Source of the DNA: a virus
Virus record (IMG/VR): IMGVR_UViG_3300042691_018174
Reading direction: 5' to 3' (one strand)
Length of the DNA: 64,000 nt
Shown here: positions 19,837 through 29,700 of the stretch, in pieces
How the letters are laid out: the number at the start of each line of letters is the position of its first letter
How positions within the stretch are numbered: position 1 is the first letter of the stretch
Translations under genes and position numbers: made by a program
Notes under the pieces: generated by a model
What the model was told of the DNA's origin: nothing
The model's database searches: none
The model's input: only the letters and a program-made list of their open reading frames with translations

Positions 19837-21969
19837 ATGTCTATAGATATCAGTAAACTAAAAAATCGCTGGGTAGGTGTGTGGAATCCTACAGTGATAT
19901 ACAAAATTAATGATATTGTTCAATATAGAGGATCCAGTTACGTTTGTATTCAAGACATACCAGAAAGATATGTGGTTGCAGGCGAAACAGGGGTCTCTAC
20001 GAGCTTTTATACATACGTACCACCAACTGTGGTTTTAAAAACCATAGATCCCAAAGATTCTGATTACTGGTTAGACATGGCTCCAGGAATGACCTATAGA
20101 AGAACTTGGGAACCAAGAACTTCATACAATGTAGGTGATATTGTAGAATTGGCTGGAGATTTGTATATTTGTATTAAATCTAAGAACAGAAATTCATATG
20201 TAACAGATTCACAATATTGGACTAAAGTTTTTGAAAATGCTGACAGAGACCAAAGATATGTCTGCGCTGATCTTTGGAATCAACAGCCTTTAGGTTGGAC
20301 TAGAAACAATGGAGACTCTCACTGGGGTTGCTCTGGTACTGCTTATATGTACGGATTTTTAGGATATGACGGCAACGTGAACATCGGCGGTATGCACTAT
20401 CGAGGTGCAGGCACCGGATCAAGCGCCGCCAACGCAGCAGGTGCAGCTAATTGGTCTACACCGGGATTCAGTTTTGTTGATTGGTTAAACAGTACACAAA
20501 ATGGCGGATCTGGCAGATTAACTACACCTGATGGAGAAGCCCCAAAATGTATTCAATGGATACATCAAGGCGGCGACACTACTGCGACCAGTGGAGGAAA
20601 TTCATTATTTTTGATGAATAACGGCGAAGTATATTCCACCGGGTATAATGCTGTTGGGCAACTTGGTATTGGCAACACAACAGAATGGTATCATCCTGTT
20701 AGAGTCAGTAATACTAAGTTAACTGATTGGAGAGGAAATACCATACCAAGAAATTTTGATGAAACAAAAATGATCAAAGTAACAATGAGCGGTATCGGTT
20801 TTTGGAATAACGGATACAACTCTTGCTATGCACTAGGTGATGATGGAACTGTTTGGGTTTGGGGAAGAAATGACAGAGGACAATTAGGATTAGGACCAGA
20901 AACTGGAACTACTGCTGGTTTAGGTTTGGCTAGAACAGATCAAACTCGTCCAGAAAGATTGCCACAATCATTCTTTAATCATAGAAAGATTGTAGATATC
21001 ATGTGCTGCGGTGGTAACAGCTCATTAGTTTTCGCTATAGATGACGAAGATTATCTTTGGGCATGGGGTATCAGTATTAGAGGTGGCACTGGCCTAGCAG
21101 ATACACATGCTGATACTGGGTATACATACGGTAAACAATTTACTCCACAACAAGTTAGTATTGATTGGAAGAGACACGGCGGTATTAAAAAAATCATGAT
21201 GTCTAGTGATGGTGGAAACTACGAAAGAACTTGGATACTTGATGGAAATGGATTTTTGTGGTTCGCTGGGGAAAGATATGACAACGGTCTAAATCAAACA
21301 GCACAAGGAACTAACTCAGGCACTACCAGTATGCAGACCACAAAGTTTACTAGATTAGAGAGACATTGGTTTGGTGAACATAAAATTGAAAACTTCTGGG
21401 CACTGGATTCTAGAGATGGTAATATTATTCTAAGAGAAAAAGGCACTGGTTTAACATATAGTATGGGAGGTAATCAAGAAGGACAATTAGGATTAACTGT
21501 AAACCATAAGTACGCTGATAGTAGTTGGAATATCTTTCCTTCTTTAATACATGGTGTGCGCTATCTGAAAGAATGTATTAATTCTTCAAACACATATACT
21601 GACGCTACTACTACTATCATTGCATTGACTGATGACGGCGAAGTTTGGACACGTGGACTTAATACTCACGGATCAGGATCGATTGGGTATAGTGGTTCAA
21701 GTTGGGTAGGTACAGGTGAAGCTGAATATGAAACAAGCTCTAATATTTGGCAAAGAGTATTATTGCCTCCAGGCGAATATTGCACAGCTATTGCAGCTTT
21801 TGGACCAACGTCTAGTGGAGATGGTGCTATGTATAGATTGAGTACTGGCGGCATAATGATTTGCGGAACTGACGGCACTGCTATTAACCAACAGATGCAA
21901 GGACATATTCACTCTAGAACATTTAGTACAATATATCATTGGTATACAATGCATAGTTATCCAGGTTGA
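19837..21969 (+). CDS. RCC1-like beta-propeller receptor-binding protein (paralogue 3)
   Basis: MSIDISKLKNRWVGVW; GYNAVGQLG, YALGDDGTVWVWGRNDRGQLG, GGNQEGQLG. Confidence 0.8.
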   Translation: MSIDISKLKNRWVGVWNPTVIYKINDIVQYRGSSYVCIQDIPERYVVAGETGVSTSFYTYVPPTVVLKTIDPKDSDYWLDMAPGMTYRRTWEPRTSYNVGDIVELAGDLYICIKSKNRNSYVTDSQYWTKVFENADRDQRYVCADLWNQQPLGWTRNNGDSHWGCSGTAYMYGFLGYDGNVNIGGMHYRGAGTGSSAANAAGAANWSTPGFSFVDWLNSTQNGGSGRLTTPDGEAPKCIQWIHQGGDTTATSGGNSLFLMNNGEVYSTGYNAVGQLGIGNTTEWYHPVRVSNTKLTDWRGNTIPRNFDETKMIKVTMSGIGFWNNGYNSCYALGDDGTVWVWGRNDRGQLGLGPETGTTAGLGLARTDQTRPERLPQSFFNHRKIVDIMCCGGNSSLVFAIDDEDYLWAWGISIRGGTGLADTHADTGYTYGKQFTPQQVSIDWKRHGGIKKIMMSSDGGNYERTWILDGNGFLWFAGERYDNGLNQTAQGTNSGTTSMQTTKFTRLERHWFGEHKIENFWALDSRDGNIILREKGTGLTYSMGGNQEGQLGLTVNHKYADSSWNIFPSLIHGVRYLKECINSSNTYTDATTTIIALTDDGEVWTRGLNTHGSGSIGYSGSSWVGTGEAEYETSSNIWQRVLLPPGEYCTAIAAFGPTSSGDGAMYRLSTGGIMICGTDGTAINQQMQGHIHSRTFSTIYHWYTMHSYPG

Positions 21970-21982
21970 TTAGGATTAATAA

Positions 21983-24900
21983 ATGTCAAATTTATCATGG
22001 TTGGGCAATGTAATAACCAGAGAAGAAGGTGCCATCAAAATCAAAGATGGCACCAATCTGGCTTTTACAGGCGTTGAGACACTAATAGTAGATGGCCCAG
22101 AATTAAATGTTTTACATGAGTTTAATACTGAGATATATTCAAGTGCGCATTATCTAATTAATGCGGAATGCGGCATTGACCAAAGAGAAACACTTAATGT
22201 CACAGTAGTATCTAAATTCAATAAAGCATCTATTACCATATATGGAAGAATAAACACTGGCGTAAACTTAGTTGAAGTCAGTGCAGATATCACAGATGGC
22301 ATTTTAAAAGTTTATGCATCATCTTCAGTACAAGGGTTACAAAATATAAGAGTCACAGCATTTGCTACTCTAGCAGAAACTATAGTATCAAATAATACAA
22401 GAGCAACTGTTTACTATTACACAGAAGTAAATGCTACTCCAAAATACCTACTCAATTCTGGCAATTATTCACAAAATTCTATAAGTCCTTCTCTGATTTT
22501 TTATAAGGGATTAACTTATAGATTTGATCAATCAGACAGCAGTAATGATCAAGATCCATTAATGATAGGTGAAACTGCAAATGATATTAATTCTGAATAT
22601 GTTCTAGGAATTTCATATTACTTAGATTCTGCCAAAGTACTGCCATCTGAATATAGAACATTACAGAGATTCCAAGCAGCAGATAAAAGATACGTTGAAA
22701 TTACGGTCAGTGACACGTATCCTTCCCAACTTTTTTATTTTAGTAGATATAGGAGCGGATTAGGAGCAACTATTACTGTGACTACTCTTAGTGATTCTGG
22801 AGTAGGTGGTTCTGGAAGTTCTGGAAGTGGTGGTAGTGGGAATGTGGATGGTGCTAATAAGGAATTAAGTAATCTTACAGTCACTGCAATTAATGCTTCT
22901 TTAATACCTAGTGTTGATTCTAGTATAGATCTAGGATCTCCATTTTTAAAGTGGAGAGATTTGTATCTTAGCGGAAATACGCTTTATTTAGGCGCTGCTA
23001 ACATAACTGCTAATGGCAATGTAGTTAATCTACCTACAGGTTCTACCGTCGGCGGACAATTGATCCCACAAGGTGGAACACAAAATGTTTTCTCTACAGT
23101 TAGAGTGTCAGGGCAATCTGATGTTGTTGCTGATTCTGTCACTGATGTATTAACACTAGTTGCCGGATCAAACATTACTTTAACTACAAATCCTGCAACA
23201 GATACTATTACTATTTCATCAACCGGAGGCGGTGGAGGAACAGCTAGTAATTCATTTAGCACTATTCAGATTGCAGGACAAAGTCCTGTGACAGCAGATT
23301 CTTCAACAGATACATTGACATTGATAGCAGGTCCAAACATAGTATTGACTACTAATGAGTCAGGTGATGCTATAACTATTTCTGCATCATCGTCTGGCGG
23401 CGGCGCTAGTGGAGTTAGTTCAGGAACAGCAAACAGACTTGCTTATTATGCATCAAACGGTGCTATTATTCAAGATAGCGGACCTAATTTAGAATGGAAC
23501 GGGTCTTTTTTAAGTGTAAATGGTTACATTTATTCAACTGGAAGAAAAAATTACGTAAGATCCTATTGGGACACACTAGCTGATTTGAATATTGAAGCAC
23601 CACCTAATCCTTGGCGAGGCATGATTGCATATGCTGGCGATACAGGTAAAGTATACTATGCACACGGTGGTGTTTGGAACAGGCTTGCAAATTTTTCAGA
23701 TATACCTACTATCCCAAATAATTTTGGAAACATAGTAGTTAGCGGGCAAACTATAGTGAGTTCCGATGCTATCAATGATACATTAACATTGGTTGCGGGT
23801 GTAGGAATGAGTATTACAACTGACGCTGCAAACAATACAATTATTTTTACCAATACAGGAACAGGTGGTGGCACTGGTGGTGGCATCACAACTGAAGATG
23901 CACAAGATGCAGCCGCTACATTATTTTTAAACAGTAATCATACAGGAATCAGTTTTACATATGATGACGCTACTAATCAAATAGTCGCCGCAGTCAGTGC
24001 TCAGGCCGGAATTTATACAGATGAGCAAGCTGCCGATGCTGCCGCAGCATTGTTTACCACTGGTACACACAGTGGATTGATATTTACTTACGACGACATC
24101 GCTAATAAAATGAATGTTAGTGTGTCACAAAATGATCTTCAAGATTACATACAAGATCAGGCAGCTGCATTGTTAACTTCAGGTACACATTCAAATATCA
24201 GCTTTACGTATGATGATAATAATGCCAGAATAAATGCAGCAGTTTCTGTACCATCAAATTTTTCACAACTATCCGATGTTACCACTGCAGGGATCACAGT
24301 TGATGAAATAGGATATCAAGCTAATACAGTATTAACAGTTACTAATACTGGAAATACTGCATATCTTTTTTCACAGTATACAGGAAATAATCCTACAATA
24401 TATGTTACCGCAGGAGAAACTATTGCGTTTAAATTAAACGCTGGCGGTCATCCGTTTTTAATACAAACGAATACAGGCACTAATTTTGACAATGTCCTAG
24501 TACATGTAGCCACATCTGGATCAGTAAGTACTTTATCTTCTGCTCAAGGAAAAGATTCAGGAACATTATATTGGCAGATTCCTATTACAGAAAGAGGACT
24601 TTTTAAATACGCCTGCCAACTTCATAGTGGTTCAATGAACGGAACTATTGTGGTCATGCCGCAAAGATTTCATTATGTGTTAAACACTACTTGGAACACT
24701 GCAGGAACTATTAATATTAATGCGTCATATATTAGTAGATTAAATTTAACATTAGATACTGGCGGAAATGTTTCTGGTTGGGCTTTTACTGGTATACCAG
24801 CTAGCGGAACAGAATACGAACTAAGATTATATATTTCAATAAATGGAGGAACTATTTCTAGTTGGCCTACTGGAACTGTTTGGCCTTCTGGAGTCGCACC

Positions 24901-25000
24901 AACATTGACCACTGTATCGGGTAAAGTTGATATAATAAGTTTGATCACTATTAACGGTGGCACTGGTTGGATTGGATCTGTTATCGGTCAAAATTATTAA
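21983..25000 (+). CDS. Mosaic tail-fibre-like protein with internal repeats and a cupredoxin-like domain
   Basis: Three F..I.+.GQ..V.AD...D.LTL+AG repeats; three AQDAAA.LF..G.H.GI.FTYDD repeats; GGHPF...YACQLHSGSMNG; C-terminal WPSGVAPTLT...DIISL domain. Confidence 0.75.
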   Translation: MSNLSWLGNVITREEGAIKIKDGTNLAFTGVETLIVDGPELNVLHEFNTEIYSSAHYLINAECGIDQRETLNVTVVSKFNKASITIYGRINTGVNLVEVSADITDGILKVYASSSVQGLQNIRVTAFATLAETIVSNNTRATVYYYTEVNATPKYLLNSGNYSQNSISPSLIFYKGLTYRFDQSDSSNDQDPLMIGETANDINSEYVLGISYYLDSAKVLPSEYRTLQRFQAADKRYVEITVSDTYPSQLFYFSRYRSGLGATITVTTLSDSGVGGSGSSGSGGSGNVDGANKELSNLTVTAINASLIPSVDSSIDLGSPFLKWRDLYLSGNTLYLGAANITANGNVVNLPTGSTVGGQLIPQGGTQNVFSTVRVSGQSDVVADSVTDVLTLVAGSNITLTTNPATDTITISSTGGGGGTASNSFSTIQIAGQSPVTADSSTDTLTLIAGPNIVLTTNESGDAITISASSSGGGASGVSSGTANRLAYYASNGAIIQDSGPNLEWNGSFLSVNGYIYSTGRKNYVRSYWDTLADLNIEAPPNPWRGMIAYAGDTGKVYYAHGGVWNRLANFSDIPTIPNNFGNIVVSGQTIVSSDAINDTLTLVAGVGMSITTDAANNTIIFTNTGTGGGTGGGITTEDAQDAAATLFLNSNHTGISFTYDDATNQIVAAVSAQAGIYTDEQAADAAAALFTTGTHSGLIFTYDDIANKMNVSVSQNDLQDYIQDQAAALLTSGTHSNISFTYDDNNARINAAVSVPSNFSQLSDVTTAGITVDEIGYQANTVLTVTNTGNTAYLFSQYTGNNPTIYVTAGETIAFKLNAGGHPFLIQTNTGTNFDNVLVHVATSGSVSTLSSAQGKDSGTLYWQIPITERGLFKYACQLHSGSMNGTIVVMPQRFHYVLNTTWNTAGTININASYISRLNLTLDTGGNVSGWAFTGIPASGTEYELRLYISINGGTISSWPTGTVWPSGVAPTLTTVSGKVDIISLITINGGTGWIGSVIGQNY

Positions 25001-25001
25001 C

Positions 25002-25733
25002 ATGAATTTCCAACATAATCCAATATTTGATATTAGTAAAACAAATGCTGTACAAGTAGTTGCAGACGCGGGAACAGCAACATCATATTCTACAACTACT
25101 ACATCTATAATAAATGATAGAGACACTGTAGTTTATTGTGTGACTATTATAAAAGATATATCTCTATTTACAGGTGTTACTCTATCAGATCCTCAAGGAT
25201 CTATTTTAACAGTATCTGCTGTTGGTACTGGAGCAACATTTACTGGAAAATTAACTAATATAATATTTGTTAAAAATTATTCAAGTTCAGGACTTGCAGT
25301 CGGATCTACTATTACAGTAAATTCTACCACAACTAACGGAAGTGGCCTTGGGTGGGTAGCCATTACTGCTTGTGTTTTAAGAGGTCCTGCTATTATTGCC
25401 AATCATCAAACAGTTAGTGCTCAAAATTTGCTTGCCAATACTGCGTATGGTGTAGGAAATTTGAGTTGGAATTCGGGAACTGTTGTTAGAGGTGACTACA
25501 AAAAGTCCACAGCAACTATACTTTTTTCAGCATCTAATGCAGCGCAATTTATTAATGGATTGAGCCCATTAACAGGTGTTAGACAATTTGTTAATTCAGG
25601 AAATGCAGCAGTTTCACAAAGTATTTTTGGATGGCAATCACCACTGACTCCATTAGGAACTGTGGGGTACGCTGCTTCTTGGAATGTTTTTACAGGTGCA
25701 GTTTTATTGACTATTTTACGATTAACTATATAA
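25002..25733 (+). CDS. Hypothetical beta-rich structural protein
   Basis: ATG at 25002, immediately after the stop of the upstream gene, is more plausible than the 24957 start in the ORF track. Confidence 0.6.
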   Translation: MNFQHNPIFDISKTNAVQVVADAGTATSYSTTTTSIINDRDTVVYCVTIIKDISLFTGVTLSDPQGSILTVSAVGTGATFTGKLTNIIFVKNYSSSGLAVGSTITVNSTTTNGSGLGWVAITACVLRGPAIIANHQTVSAQNLLANTAYGVGNLSWNSGTVVRGDYKKSTATILFSASNAAQFINGLSPLTGVRQFVNSGNAAVSQSIFGWQSPLTPLGTVGYAASWNVFTGAVLLTILRLTI

Positions 25734-25742
25734 GAGAAAATC

Positions 25743-25961
25743 ATGACAGAAATATTACTAAAAGATATCAAAGATTTATCATTGAATAATAACAGTTCTC
25801 TTGATATGTCCAATGAACCCAGCTCCACTGCTATGGTAGCCTTGGACTCTACCAATGTCATAGATTTATCATCAAGTTTAGTAAATTCAAACATTGTAGA
25901 ACAGATTGAAACACAAAATTTAACGAGTTCAACACAGTCACTATCGATTGATTTAAGCTAA
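25743..25961 (+). CDS. Small Ser/Asn-rich hypothetical protein
   Basis: 72-aa ORF in operon position, weak SD (AAGAG). Confidence 0.45.
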   Translation: MTEILLKDIKDLSLNNNSSLDMSNEPSSTAMVALDSTNVIDLSSSLVNSNIVEQIETQNLTSSTQSLSIDLS

Positions 25962-25972
25962 TTTTTGACTGA

Positions 25973-25978
25973 TAAATA
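25973..25978 (+). promoter_or_regulatory. Late promoter TAAATA
   Basis: gaTAAATAaa in the short intergenic gap before 26000. Confidence 0.55.
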
Positions 25979-25999
25979 AAAAAGATAAAAGAAAATAAA

Positions 26000-26743
26000 A
26001 TGACTCAAGCAATTCTTAAACAATTTAGGGCTGAAGGCGGGTTTAAAACTAACCCTTCTAGTAATTTTGGCGAAATTTTTGGTACAAAATTAGACATAGA
26101 TGGGGTAATGACCATTGATAATAATAGTATTGCTATTACCAATGCAAATCAAAATTTAAATTTGATAGTTACTGGTACTGGATCTGTATCTACAACTCGT
26201 TTAGTAGCTAATCAAATCACAGCATCAACAATTTCAGGTAATTTAACAGGCAATGTTACTGGCAATGTTACTGGTAATTTAACAGGCAATGTTACTGGCA
26301 ATGTTACTGGCAATGTCACAGGTGACATAATTTCTTCTGGAACATCTAGTTTTTCAAATGCGTTAATATCTGGTGGAGTTATTAATGCTGTTCAGATAGG
26401 AACAACTAGTCCATCATCAGGAAGATTCACATCTTTAGAAGCTAATGAAATTACGGGTGCTATAGGAAACGGAAGTAAAAATTCAGGAAGTTTTACTACA
26501 CTGTCCGCAACAGGACAAATCACACTGTTGAGTAATGTAGAAAGTAATAATTTAACCAGCGGTGCACTGATTCTATCTGGCGGAGTTGGCATCGCCAAAA
26601 ACGTAAATATAGGTGGTAATGTAAATATTACAGGAACAGCAAGTGCTGCCAATCCGACCACAAATACACATTTAACTACAAAACTTTACGTAGATAGGCA
26701 AGATATAAAAAGTTTAGCGTATGCAGTGGCTTTTGGATTATAA
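26000..26743 (+). CDS. Short fibre protein with GNVT/GNLT repeats
   Basis: (GN[LV]T)x7; SGALILSGGVGIAKNVNIGG; HLTTKLYVD; C-terminus AYAVAFGL. Confidence 0.75.
   Translation: MTQAILKQFRAEGGFKTNPSSNFGEIFGTKLDIDGVMTIDNNSIAITNANQNLNLIVTGTGSVSTTRLVANQITASTISGNLTGNVTGNVTGNLTGNVTGNVTGNVTGDIISSGTSSFSNALISGGVINAVQIGTTSPSSGRFTSLEANEITGAIGNGSKNSGSFTTLSATGQITLLSNVESNNLTSGALILSGGVGIAKNVNIGGNVNITGTASAANPTTNTHLTTKLYVDRQDIKSLAYAVAFGL
26237..26320 (+). repeat. 12-bp tandem repeat x7 (GGYAATKTHACW) encoding GNVT/GNLT
   Basis: Directly visible in the DNA and the protein. Confidence 0.9.
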
Positions 26744-26754
26744 AAGGATTAATA

Positions 26755-29700
26755 ATGGCAAAGAAAAGAATTAAAGAATATATTTTTGTACCAGGAAGAT
26801 CGGCGTTAGATAATCTCTTTCCAAATGCCTATTCTTTAATCACTTCAAATAAAGAATTCATAAAAGATGAAGCTAGAGAATACATTGCCTATCGTGTAGT
26901 ACAAGACACCGCAGTAAATTATTTTCCTGTAGCAGTTACATTATTACAATCTAATAGAAATTTTATTTTAGCAGAAATGTCTGCGTGGATAAGATTCCAA
27001 ATTAGTAATAATATTTCTCCATTTGGTGGATATGAATATAATGATACACAAAAATCAAAATGTGAGAGAGATGTTGGATATTTGCTTGATGCATATGCTT
27101 ATGACTTGAGATATGGTGGAAACGAAAAAACAATAGAAGTTAATCGTGAATTCTACATTAATGGGGTAGCTCAGTTATATCATATCCCACAAGAAGTTGC
27201 AACACACGAGTTTTTAACTGATTTAATATCTAACTATGTTTTAAAAAGTATTTTATATCCTACCAAACAGTCGCCAATAGTACAAACTCAAGTACTAGGG
27301 GTATCTGGTGAAACTTCAGCAATATCAAAAGCTGCAACATTATCTAATATTGCTAGAGATGTAATTGCAAATGGTCTAACTTCTTTACCAGCAGTTCAAT
27401 TTAATCTAGCTTTTGCAAATTATACATACAATGCTGCTAAATGTGAAAGAGATGTTGGGTATGTTTTAAGTGCATATCTTTGGGATTTGAGATATGGCGG
27501 AAATAGAGATACTAGAAAAGTTTCAGAAAAATATTGGGTAGGCGATACTCCACAAGTGGACGGAAGCAGACAACCTGAAATTGAAACGCATAATTTTATT
27601 AAAGAGTTAATTAATTCTTATATATTAACCAACACGCAATTTCCTTATAGACAGTCACCTGTAGCAACTACACAGATAATTGATCCTTCTAAAACTTTAG
27701 AAGCAGGGTCAACAACTAAAATCATAGAATTATACGGCATACTGTCTGGCGTAATACAAAATGGATTGTCAGCACTACCGGCCTTAATAAGTGGTGTTGG
27801 TATTGCTTATATACAAGGCAAGTGGACACTAGATCAAATTCTTTTGATTACTAATGTTTCCAAAAATATAATCATTTATAATTTTGCAGATCCAGGAGCA
27901 GGTAGTATATTGGCATATGCTGATCCCACTACTCCTGATGTTGACACTCAGATTGATTATGGATATACTGGCATTGTACTAAATTTTGATACATCAAATA
28001 TGGATGTAGGTGATGATCTACAAATATTCGTAGAAGATTATCAAGAGCTCAAAGTTAGACCTTATGATTTTGGTACAGATGCAATTGAAAGACAGCGTGT
28101 GGCGAATGCTCAGTCCATGCTCGATGCTGACTTTGAGTATGGACTTCAGCCTACCAAATGGCAGGCATTGGCATTGGCTAGATCATATCCAGGCACATAT
28201 GAAGTTCCAGGAACAGAACTCGCTGTAACAGCCGTAACGACCGATGCTTCTGCACCAACAGGATTTATAGGTCAGAGCTTAATAACTGTGACCACTGAAG
28301 GTGCTCACGGACTTTCGCCTGGCATAGCATTTACAATAAAAAGTTTAGATAGCACAGTAACTGGATTTAGTAGAGCTGAAGGAACTTTCTTATGTAATAC
28401 TACTCCAACTTCTAATACATTTACATATTATTCTAAAGCAAAAGTTGGATCGACTTCAGGACAAAATTTAGTTCTATCTACTACAACATTTAAACGAGCA
28501 AAATTTTTTACTGGAGCAGCTATTGGCTCACCTACATTTAGTATATTTTCTCAAGGATCATCAGGAGAGTTTTCTCCTGCATTAGCGTCTCCTACAGGAA
28601 CATTTTATATACCGTATACTGGATCAATTCCAGTAGTTAATGCACCTGTTATTGGTTCTGGATATATCACTCCTGGTACTGTGATAACAGCAGTTAATGG
28701 AACAGGCTCGCCCAGTTCAGTTCAATATACCAATTTAGTAGGAACAAATATTGGTGGCATTGGTGTAGGAGCAACATTTAATATCAATAGAACTTCTGGA
28801 GTTTATATAGTAACAATAGCTACAGGTGGAACTGGCTATGCGATCGGTGATCAAATTATATTCTTTGGAGAAACATTAGATGGCGTAACTCCTGGCAACG
28901 ATTGTTTAGTGCAGGTTGCAACTGTTGATTCAGGAACTGGCGAAATACTAACAATAACTTCTTCAGGAACAGGTATTGCTTCTGGTGTAACAACATCAAA
29001 TCAAGTGCAAATTACTGCACAAACAGGCACCACCGTAATAGAAATGAGCAGTACTTCTGGAATTATACCAGGACTAGCATTTAATCGAGGAGACGGCACA
29101 CCAACAGTAGTAACTACTGTAGAAGGAAATACTATTAACATTAATAGGCCTTTAACAGCAAATATTGTGGGTTCTACAGCAACATTTCAAAACGTGTCGC
29201 CAGTGGATATAGTAGGTAGCGGCACTAACGCAACCTTTAATGTGACTAGAACAGGAACTGTATATTCTGCTACTGTAGCAAATCAAGGAACAAATTATCA
29301 AGCAGGTGATTCTTTAATAATTTTAGGTTCAAGTTTAGGAGGATCTAATGGATTACATGATCTAGTTATAACTGTTAGTACAGTAAACGTGGGAGGAACT
29401 ATTGCCACTTTTACAACTACGGGTACAGGATTGGACACTAATTCCTTTACTAATGTTGCTACATCCAACATAACTGGACAAGGTTCCGGTGCTACATTTA
29501 ATGTTACAAGAAGCAATGATGCCTATTCAGTGGTTAATATTAACAGTACTGGTTTAGATTATGTCGATGGTGATATTATTAAGATTAATGGTTTAGCAGT
29601 TGGCGGAGCAGCCCTTACAAATGACATAACACTAACAGTAACGTCAGTCAGTGTCTTAGGCGCAATATTGACTTATACTTTTTCAGGTACTGCGCAGCCT

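Noticed and set aside
14878-21969. Diversity-generating retroelement acting on the receptor-binding paralogues
   Set aside because: No reverse transcriptase in the window and no near-identical TR/VR pair differing at adenines was visible; the paralogues are diverged throughout.
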